From positions 2,573-66,572 of the forward strand of contig JAZQNG010000064.1 of assembly GCA_045627205.1 (NCBI GenBank): a stretch of DNA of 64,000 bases. The letters are read 5' to 3'. Source of the stretch: Lachnospiraceae bacterium (GTDB lineage: Bacteria > Bacillota > Clostridia > Lachnospirales > Lachnospiraceae). Made by a program: the position numbers and the translations under genes. Below the pieces are notes generated by a model. That model made no database searches and was not told the origin of the DNA. It saw only the letters and a program-made list of their open reading frames with translations. Shown here piece after piece: positions 15,734 to 22,298 of this stretch (positions are counted from its first letter, which is position 1; each line of letters starts with the position of its first letter).

Positions 15734-16141
15734 TTAAGCTGCCTGCTGCTTGTTAAGATATGCACCGTAAAGGAAAAGACCGGGCAGAACAAAACTGATG
15801 AGGCTCACAATTGAGAAACCAGATGCGATGATGCCGAAAATAAAGCTTACAAGCTGTACAGCGATAACGATGATGCCCCACTTGAAGCAAAGGTCTGCCT
15901 TTTCGGGCTTCTCACAGTTAGCAACACCGATTATACCGCAGATAAGCTCAAGAATGCTGGCTACGATGGAGATGATGGACGCAATAATAAGTGTTCCGGC
16001 TCCTACACTTTCACCGATAGCAGCTTCAAAAGCTGCACCGAGAGCACCAATAACTCCGGCGATACCGCTTGCAAAGAAAGCAATTGCGCCGAATACAATC
16101 ATAATGATACCACAAACTTTTAAGAACATTTTACCCTGCAT
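15734..16141 (-). CDS. small 4-TM membrane protein, hypothetical
   Basis: 135-aa ORF with four Gly/Ile-rich hydrophobic helices. RBS-like GGGAGG lies upstream on the minus strand. Confidence 0.65.
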   Translation of the reverse strand: MQGKMFLKVCGIIMIVFGAIAFFASGIAGVIGALGAAFEAAIGESVGAGTLIIASIISIVASILELICGIIGVANCEKPEKADLCFKWGIIVIAVQLVSFIFGIIASGFSIVSLISFVLPGLFLYGAYLNKQQAA

Positions 16142-16241
16142 TTTTATATGCCTCCCTAATTTTTATTGCGGGTAATATCTTACTATTTGTAAATAGTTGA
16201 AACAGTAGAGATATACCACATTTTATTTATATCATATGGTT

Positions 16242-16292
16242 AAAAAAAAGTCACCAAAAATTTTTCGATTAGGAAATATTTTTTGGTGACTT
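16242..16292 (-). terminator. rho-independent terminator of the 16308-16736 gene
   Basis: GTCACCAAAAA (16250-16260) pairs with TTTTTGGTGAC (16280-16290). The plus-strand A8 run at 16242-16249 gives a U-run on the minus strand. Confidence 0.6.
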
Positions 16293-16307
16293 TTGTAATG
16301 ATTAATA

Positions 16308-16736
16308 TCAGTCTGAAATTTCTTTATGATACTTATAAGTAATACAAAGATATACAGCCGAAAACAGGAAGCCGGTGATGAGGGGCAGCGTTTCAAATGA
16401 TGCAACAATGGTCATGAATACCGTATTTGTAAGGAAAAGAGCGGTAAGTACTAATCCCAAGAGTAAGAATTTACCGATTTTCTCGTCATAGTCGTATTTG
16501 ATATAGCTGTAAATACCCAGAGCCGATTCAGCAACGGAAAGAACAAGCTGAATGATGGAAGAAATAAGTGCAAGAAGCTTGCCGGTGGTCATAACATTCA
16601 GTTCATTGGCAAGGGAGCTGAGGCTTGCCGAAAAAATTATATCGGCGATACCGATAGCAAAACCAAGAAGTCCACCGAATCCGATTAAAATGGCACATAA
16701 CCTGAAAAGGTCTTTTGATTCAACTTCAATTTTCAT
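16308..16736 (-). CDS. small 4-TM membrane protein, hypothetical
   Basis: 142-aa ORF with four hydrophobic helices. AGAGGA lies upstream of the ATG on the minus strand. Confidence 0.65.
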   Translation of the reverse strand: MKIEVESKDLFRLCAILIGFGGLLGFAIGIADIIFSASLSSLANELNVMTTGKLLALISSIIQLVLSVAESALGIYSYIKYDYDEKIGKFLLLGLVLTALFLTNTVFMTIVASFETLPLITGFLFSAVYLCITYKYHKEISD

Positions 16737-17128
16737 TAGTAATATCCTCTTTCATTACCGTATATGTCTGATTATTGTTACTTTTCGCAGTTACGGGATA
16801 ACTGATGTCAGTTTGATTTAGTGCTTACTGACATTGTTTCCTGACCGGGAAGGGTAACTGATTATTAGCAACGAGAAGAATATAACATATTTTTTTGAAA
16901 AAGTCACTATTAAATATAGAAATGATTAATATTGGGTATTTTCAGTTAAGCTACTTTTCGCTATTATTCGACTGTGAACAATAACTCAGTTGCATATATC
17001 AGGCGATAATGCACCATTGTTCTGCAAATATTATGTTGTAAAATGCGCATTGATATCTTTTATATCAGGAGGGTTTATTATATACTATCATTATTGACAA
17101 ATTAATCAGTAATGATTTTTGTCTTATA

Positions 17129-17156
17129 CAGGACAATAATGTCCTGATTATTTTTT
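17129..17156 (+). terminator. terminator-like hairpin inside the 5' leader (possible attenuator)
   Basis: CAGGACA-ATAA-TGTCCTG (17129-17146) is followed by ATTATTTTTT and then immediately by the GGAGGAG RBS and ATG 17168. Confidence 0.3.
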
Positions 17157-17167
17157 GGAGGAGAAAA

Positions 17168-18466
17168 ATGAACGGATTATGTGGAAACAATTGTGATCTC
17201 TGCACCGCCAGAGACAAGGTAGGCTGTTCCGGTTGCACAACCGGGTCATCAAAGGGCTGCGATTTTTGTATTGTACCCGCATGTAACAAGGGAAAAAAAA
17301 TCAGCGACTGTTCAGCCTGCAAATTAAGAAGCGAATGTGAAATCAAGGCAAAGTGTGCCGACATGAGTGTCGGAGCAGTAAGTCAGAGAAGGGCTTCCTC
17401 GCCCAATGCACCGCAGGCTGACAGCCGTACTGAAAGTTCTGCTGCCACGCAGACTGCCGGTTTTTCGAGCGGTGCCTTCAGTGCCTGGAAACCTGCCGGA
17501 GACGACACGGCAAACGCAGGTGTCAATGCAGGTAGAAATGTTGCTCAGCAGGGTACATCCTTTGGAAGTGTGAGCAACAACAGTAACTACGGCAGCCAGA
17601 GCTATGGTCAGTACGGAACCCAGGGAAATAACGGTACATACGGAAGCCAGAGCTACGGCCAGTACGGAGCCCAGGGAAATAACAGTACTTACGGAAACCA
17701 GAGCTACGGCCAATACGGAGCCCAGGGTAACAACGGTGCGGGCACCGATATGTACCGGAGTTATGTAAGTTCCAACACAAACCAGATGGCTGTTCCGGAA
17801 CCGAAAGGGTCTATTTCATATGCAGGTGTGGGAAAACTCCTCAAATGCGTATTCTGGATGCTTCTTTTGCCCATTATTGTATCCTTTTTGGAAAATATTC
17901 TGCAAAAGAATTTTTCTATTTTTTCAAGTGAGTATCGACTAATATCATATATTAGTTCAATTGTTAGTGTTGGCTGCAATATAGTTACGATTATCTGTTT
18001 CTTAAGGCTTGGCTCATATTCAAAGAAATATACCGTAGCGGCAGTCCTATCAATGATAGGTTTTGGCATATCGGCACTCTCGTTGGTATCACTCATAACA
18101 GGGATGGCAATTCTGCCGTCAATAGTTATTATGTCTTCCATATCATTATCTTTATCGCTGGGTTCAGCAGTTCTGGGTTTGATTTCAACCCTGTTTTTCT
18201 GGGTAGGAAATGCAGAAGTCTGCGCGGAAGTTAATGATGATCTGGCTACTTTCTGGAGAACATTATGGAAGCAGATGCTTAAGCCTATTATTCTTCTTTT
18301 CCTGTTGTTTTTCCTTATTATTGTCATTCCGGCCAAATCCATTGCGGCAATAAGTGTATTAGGTATGTTTGTCGCAATAATCTGGATGTTTGTAATTTAT
18401 ATCAGATATTTCAGGCTTCTCTGGAAAACGGCTTCCTATTTGTCAGAGCTTAGAGTTGCTCTTTGA
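17168..18466 (+). CDS. Cys-rich (DUF3795-like) N-terminal domain, Q/G/N/Y-rich repeats, and a polytopic membrane domain
   Basis: N-terminus is CGNNCDLC...CSGC...CDFC...C...CSAC...C. Three repeats YG(S/N)QSYGQYG(T/A)QGNN follow, then about 6-7 hydrophobic helices. Confidence 0.7.
   Translation: MNGLCGNNCDLCTARDKVGCSGCTTGSSKGCDFCIVPACNKGKKISDCSACKLRSECEIKAKCADMSVGAVSQRRASSPNAPQADSRTESSAATQTAGFSSGAFSAWKPAGDDTANAGVNAGRNVAQQGTSFGSVSNNSNYGSQSYGQYGTQGNNGTYGSQSYGQYGAQGNNSTYGNQSYGQYGAQGNNGAGTDMYRSYVSSNTNQMAVPEPKGSISYAGVGKLLKCVFWMLLLPIIVSFLENILQKNFSIFSSEYRLISYISSIVSVGCNIVTIICFLRLGSYSKKYTVAAVLSMIGFGISALSLVSLITGMAILPSIVIMSSISLSLSLGSAVLGLISTLFFWVGNAEVCAEVNDDLATFWRTLWKQMLKPIILLFLLFFLIIVIPAKSIAAISVLGMFVAIIWMFVIYIRYFRLLWKTASYLSELRVAL
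17588..17740 (+). repeat. in-frame 51-bp coding tandem repeat x3
   Basis: Units at 17588-17638, 17639-17689 and 17690-17740 (TACGG.AGCCAGAGCTA.GG.CA.TACGGA.CCCAGGG.AA.AAC...). Confidence 0.85.
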
Positions 18467-18503
18467 CAGCAGCAGCCTCACGAATGATGAGTTAGTGAAT
18501 AAT

Positions 18504-18552
18504 TTTTGTTGTCGACAGGGAATCGGCGTGCAAAAGCATGCACGCCAAATAT
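18504..18552 (+). repeat. dispersed REP-like hairpin repeat family R, copy B
   Basis: TTTTGTTGTCGACAGGGAATCGGCGTGCAAAAGCATGCACGCCAAAT. The 8-bp stem GGCGTGCA (18525-18532) pairs with TGCACGCC (18539-18546). Confidence 0.7.
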
Positions 18553-18599
18553 GAAGCTGAATTGACAGAATGGGGAAACTGACCGTATAATGGATATGT

Positions 18600-18695
18600 A
18601 GTCGGGTGATAATGAACGCAGGACTGAAGCTTGCTTCAGGGCTTATGAACATTATCATCCGACTATAATGCGTCTTGGACAGAATGTGAACAGTA
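18600..18695. repeat. dispersed hairpin repeat family H, copy 2
   Basis: AGTCGGGTGATAATGAAC...GTTCAT..., read as AGTCGGGTGATAATG pairing with CATTATCATCCGACT (18600-18664). The tail GGACAGAATGTGAACAGTAAC resembles the copy 1 tail GGACCGCCTGTGAATAGTAAC. Confidence 0.6.
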
Positions 18696-18726
18696 ACAAA
18701 AAATTAAAAAAAGAAGAAAAAATTGC

Positions 18727-18755
18727 TTGACATTTCATTTCGCGGATGGTATTAT
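18727..18755 (+). promoter_or_regulatory. near-consensus sigma-70 promoter of tRNA-Leu(AAG)
   Basis: TTGACA (18727-18732), 17-nt spacer, TATTAT (18750-18755). It lies about 30 nt upstream of the tRNA 5' end. Confidence 0.7.
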
Positions 18756-18784
18756 AAGTGAGCGCGTTGAGATAGCGCGGGAAT

Positions 18785-18867
18785 GCGGAGTTGCTGGAAT
18801 TGGCAGACAGGCATGACTAAGGATCATGTATCGCACAGATGTGAGGGTTCAAGTCCCTTACTCCGCA
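18785..18867 (+). tRNA. tRNA-Leu with anticodon AAG (A34), by hand fold
   Basis: Acceptor GCGGAGT/ACTCCGC, D-loop AATTGGCAGA, anticodon stem CATGA/TCATG (18812-18816 / 18824-18828), loop CTAAGGA (anticodon AAG at 18819-18821), long variable arm, T-loop GGTTCAAGTCC. Its architecture aligns position for position with the tRNA-Leu(CAG) at 9007-9090. Confidence 0.85.
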
Positions 18868-18874
18868 TCATTAA

Positions 18875-18903
18875 GGCACACTCGTTGAGTGTGCTTTTTC
18901 TTT
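18875..18903 (+). terminator. rho-independent terminator after tRNA-Leu(AAG)
   Basis: GCACACT-CGTTG-AGTGTGC (18876-18894), followed by TTTTTCTTT. Confidence 0.8.
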
Positions 18904-18971
18904 GTCTTAAATGTTGTCAAAAGTAAGAAAAAAGAGTATACTGTAGAAAACAAAAGCATTGGGGGGATTTT

Positions 18972-19586
18972 ATGGATAAGATTATTACTATCAGCAGACA
19001 GTACGCCAGCGGTGGTAGGGAAATCGGGCAGATTCTTGCAAATAACTGGGGGATACCTTTTTATGATAATGAGCTGATTACCAGAGCTGCCAAGGAGAGC
19101 GGTTATGCCAGAGAGGCTTTTGAAAAAGCAGAATCCAGGGCGACTAACAGTCTTCTTTATTCCATAGCCAGAGGTGTTCCCACTGTTGGAGGATTAAGCG
19201 GAACATTTACCAATCTGTCTTTGGATGATCAGATATATATTGCACAGGCAGATGTCATTAAGAAGGTTGCGGCAGAAGGTCCCTGTGTTATTGTAGGAAG
19301 ATGTGCCGACTATGTTCTTAAGGATACCGAGAATGTTGTGAGTGTTTTCGTGTGGGCGGATATGCCTTTCAGAGTGGAGCGTGCCCAGAGAATAGACCAC
19401 ATGCTTCCTGACAGGATTGAAGAGAATATCCTGAAGATGGACAAGAGAAGAGCGAATTATTTTAATTTTCATACCGGAGAAAAGTGGGGAAGAACAGAGA
19501 ATTATTCCCTTTGCCTGAACAGCGGACGCGTCGGCATCGATAATTCGGTTCAGATAATAAAGCAGTTTGTAGAAAGTATCAGATAG
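18972..19586 (+). CDS. cytidylate-kinase-like family protein (P-loop NTPase)
   Basis: N-terminus is MDKIITISRQYASGGREIGQILANNWGIPFYDNELI, typical of this family. A GGGGGG RBS is present. Confidence 0.8.
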   Translation: MDKIITISRQYASGGREIGQILANNWGIPFYDNELITRAAKESGYAREAFEKAESRATNSLLYSIARGVPTVGGLSGTFTNLSLDDQIYIAQADVIKKVAAEGPCVIVGRCADYVLKDTENVVSVFVWADMPFRVERAQRIDHMLPDRIEENILKMDKRRANYFNFHTGEKWGRTENYSLCLNSGRVGIDNSVQIIKQFVESIR

Positions 19587-19630
19587 AAAATAGTTTTTTG
19601 AGATAAGTTTTTGAACGAATGCGAACATTA

Positions 19631-19666
19631 AGAGGCATCCCTGTGTGTGCAGGATGCCTCTTTTTC
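19631..19666 (+). terminator. rho-independent terminator
   Basis: AGAGGCATCC (19631-19640) pairs with GGATGCCTCT (19652-19661), followed by TTTTT. Confidence 0.7.
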
Positions 19667-19682
19667 GCAGCATTCGGCTGAA

Positions 19683-20030
19683 TTATTTCTGGAACTGAAG
19701 GATGTCGGTAATGTATTTTTTCAAGATAAGCAGCTGCTTTACACTCAGTTGAGGAAGCTCCATGTTTATTTCTGAAATGAGTGCGTCACAGGCTGCTGTT
19801 TCCCGGGAATTGTCCCTGGGCAGTTCGATAATCTCTTCTATACCTATATGAAAGAGGTCACAGACGGCATGTATATTGTCTAATGAAAACCTCCTGTCGG
19901 ACCGTTCCATTTGAGAATAATACTGGGAATCGAGAGAAAGTTTCTCGGCCATTTGCTCCTGAGTCAGGTTGTTGAGGGTACGGTATTTTCTGATGTTGTC
20001 TGAAATCTGTTTAGATAAGTCATGATTCAT
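19683..20030 (-). CDS. XRE-family helix-turn-helix transcriptional regulator
   Basis: HTH is LTQEQMAEKLSLDSQYYSQMERSDRRFSLDNI. The start is moved to ATG at 20028-20030 (MNHDLSK), 10 nt downstream of AGGAG; the track's upstream start is a TTG. Confidence 0.8.
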   Translation of the reverse strand: MNHDLSKQISDNIRKYRTLNNLTQEQMAEKLSLDSQYYSQMERSDRRFSLDNIHAVCDLFHIGIEEIIELPRDNSRETAACDALISEINMELPQLSVKQLLILKKYITDILQFQK

Positions 20031-20547
20031 GTGATAATCGTCTCCTGATGTTTGCAAAGATTAAGTCACCGCCGATACTGAGCAGACGGTGTCTATGACA
20101 TTTATCTTATGGGAAAAAATCAGGAAACTTAAGGAACGGTATGCTATATAGAGTAGAGCAAAATGCGTAGCTTGTGATTGAGAATTCAGCAGACTGTGAG
20201 CAGAACGCAGCGATGTTGAAGCGGAAAAGCAAAATATTGCATTTGTATTCTGTACTATTTATGGTAAAATAATTTGTAGAGGTATAAGTGCATCATCACA
20301 GCCCGGTCTTTTGAAGTGTGTGTCCGGCGCAAGGGAAAGCAGACAGGGCATATGAAGAACCTTCTGACAAGAGAGCCCCCCGGCACTATACCGAATTTGA
20401 AGTAAAAAAAGCAGAAAGGATAATCCGTAATTCATCAGGAAAAGTCGGATTGTATTTACGAAATTGGAAATTTTATTTGACAGAGAAAGCACTAAAGGCT
20501 GGGACAAAACAACGGATCACAGGAAAACAATCGATGTCGGTGAGCAG

Positions 20548-21090
20548 ATGTCAATTGATGAATTTGTGGCTTTGCTTGCGGAAGAAGACTTTTTTCCGAA
20601 GAAAGGCGTCTGGAGAATAAGCGACGGTAAAAATAAAAAAGGTCGTCGTTTGGGTTATGTATATCATAATGAAGCGGCTGAAAGAAAGAGCCTGGCAACG
20701 GCGGAAAATATTAAGATATGTGAGCTGGCGGAGGCTTCGGTTTATGGAGAGAACATTAAGATAAAGGGCAAAGAGGAGACTTTTTTTCTTTTGCTTGCCG
20801 CTGCCGATTATCTTAAGAAAAACCCGAAAGTGGAATTTACTCCGTACCCTGTTTATGTAGGGGAAATAATGGACGCGCTTGGTTCAATGGAAGGCGACAA
20901 AAATTATGCTGCCAACCACGATGAGCTTGAAGGAAAGCCGATTGAAGATATGAATCTGAAAAATATCGCAACAATGTATACCTTTATCGTTCGCGGTGAG
21001 CGTTTCTGTGACGGGCATATTGCGGGATATGTTGAGGACGGAACGCTGTACAGGCTGGTACTTCGTCATTTGGAACTGCTTGAAAAATAG
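20548..21090 (+). CDS. hypothetical protein
   Basis: The ORF is open from 20464 (TTG), but the first ATG is 20548 (MSIDEFVALL). Ordinary composition; no motif I can name with confidence. Confidence 0.5.
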   Translation: MSIDEFVALLAEEDFFPKKGVWRISDGKNKKGRRLGYVYHNEAAERKSLATAENIKICELAEASVYGENIKIKGKEETFFLLLAAADYLKKNPKVEFTPYPVYVGEIMDALGSMEGDKNYAANHDELEGKPIEDMNLKNIATMYTFIVRGERFCDGHIAGYVEDGTLYRLVLRHLELLEK

Positions 21091-21283
21091 AAGTTTTTGC
21101 CGTTTTTTTGTGAAAAAAGCAGCCGGCCTGATATGATGAAAAGGGTTCGTGCTTCTGACGCAGGTTATTGGAAAGAACATATCGGCGGAGGAAAAAGCGT
21201 AACTGAACGGGAAACAAAGAAAGTTAAGCCAAATAAACAGGGAATATGATTTCTGCAAAACAGATTAATTGATTTAGGAGAGA

Positions 21284-21817
21284 ATGATGACATCCGGAAA
21301 AAACTTATATAAAATGATACTGTCTGCAATGTTTCTTGCACTTGCGCTGGTATTGCCTTTACTGACGGGGCAGCTTCAGACTATTGGAAAAGCGTTATGT
21401 CCCATGCATATTCCCGTTATTTTGTGCGGATTTTTCTGCGGTCCGGTTTATGCGTTGCTGATTGGGTTCATTGCCCCGCTGCTGAGATTTTTACTCTTTG
21501 GAATGCCAACCCTTATCCCCAAGGGAATAGCGATGTGCTTTGAACTGGCAACTTACGGAATGATGGCGGGACTGCTGTATAAACTGTTTCCGAAGAAGAG
21601 GATATTTATCTGCATTTCCCTTGTTATAGCGATGCTGGCGGGGCGTATTGTCTGGGGAACCGTACGTGTCATTTTATATGGACTGGGTGAGTCGGAATTC
21701 GGATGGGCGGCATTTATGTCCGGAGCTTTTTTGGAAGCTATACCGGGAATTATTTTGCAGCTGGTTTTGATCCCGATATTGGTGATAATGTTTGAAAAGT
21801 ATAACGAAAAACATTGA
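21284..21817 (+). CDS. ECF-transporter S component (substrate unknown)
   Basis: 177-aa protein with 5-6 TM helices. AGGAGAG RBS. Contains the block KALCPMHIPVILCGFFCGP typical of ECF S components (ThiW-like by recollection). Confidence 0.65.
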   Translation: MMTSGKNLYKMILSAMFLALALVLPLLTGQLQTIGKALCPMHIPVILCGFFCGPVYALLIGFIAPLLRFLLFGMPTLIPKGIAMCFELATYGMMAGLLYKLFPKKRIFICISLVIAMLAGRIVWGTVRVILYGLGESEFGWAAFMSGAFLEAIPGIILQLVLIPILVIMFEKYNEKH

Positions 21818-22171
21818 AAGACATAAGAACAGCGGTATAGACCAACTGGTTGATAAAAATGCGCGTATATCTGTATGAGCAGGAAAGATATTGCTGCATT
21901 TTGATGAAAAAAACGACGAAATTCATTTTTTACAGGCGATTCGACAAATGTAGAATAATTTGGTAAATTGCATATTAAAAAAGTGTTATAAAGGCTGGAA
22001 CGGGCTTAAACAGGCGCTTTCGGGACATCAATGCACTTTTTTTGCAATAGGGAAAAACGCATAAAATATAAAAAAGAATACTTTTTTTACGACAATAATC
22101 TGTACAAAAAAAAGAAAATGATAATTTTTTAAAAAAAAGCAGAATATTCTTCATTTTGTCAAAAAGAGACA

Positions 22172-22200
22172 TTGAAAGATGTCTTTTTTTTTGTTATAAT
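22172..22200 (+). promoter_or_regulatory. sigma-70-type promoter with extended -10
   Basis: TTGAAA (22172-22177), 17-nt spacer, TATAAT (22195-22200) preceded by TGT. The spacer holds the 3' half of a terminator-like hairpin (AGACAT/ATGTCT plus a T9 run, 22167-22192). Confidence 0.5.
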
Positions 22201-22298
22201 ACAAACACAAAAACTGTAAATTTTATATTTCCTGTGAAATTTATTGAATTATAGATTGATGTGAAAAAAATGGAAGTATTTATAAAGGGGGTTATGGA

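Noticed and set aside
17761-18342. 193-aa minus-strand ORF
   Set aside because: It is antisense to the membrane domain of the 17168-18466 gene. There is no RBS, and the sense frame gives coherent TM helices.
21091-21283. TPP or THF riboswitch upstream of the ECF S-component gene
   Set aside because: There is no CTGAGA/ACCTGATCTGGATAATGCCAGCG-type TPP core, and no THF motif is recognisable by eye. The region is left unannotated.
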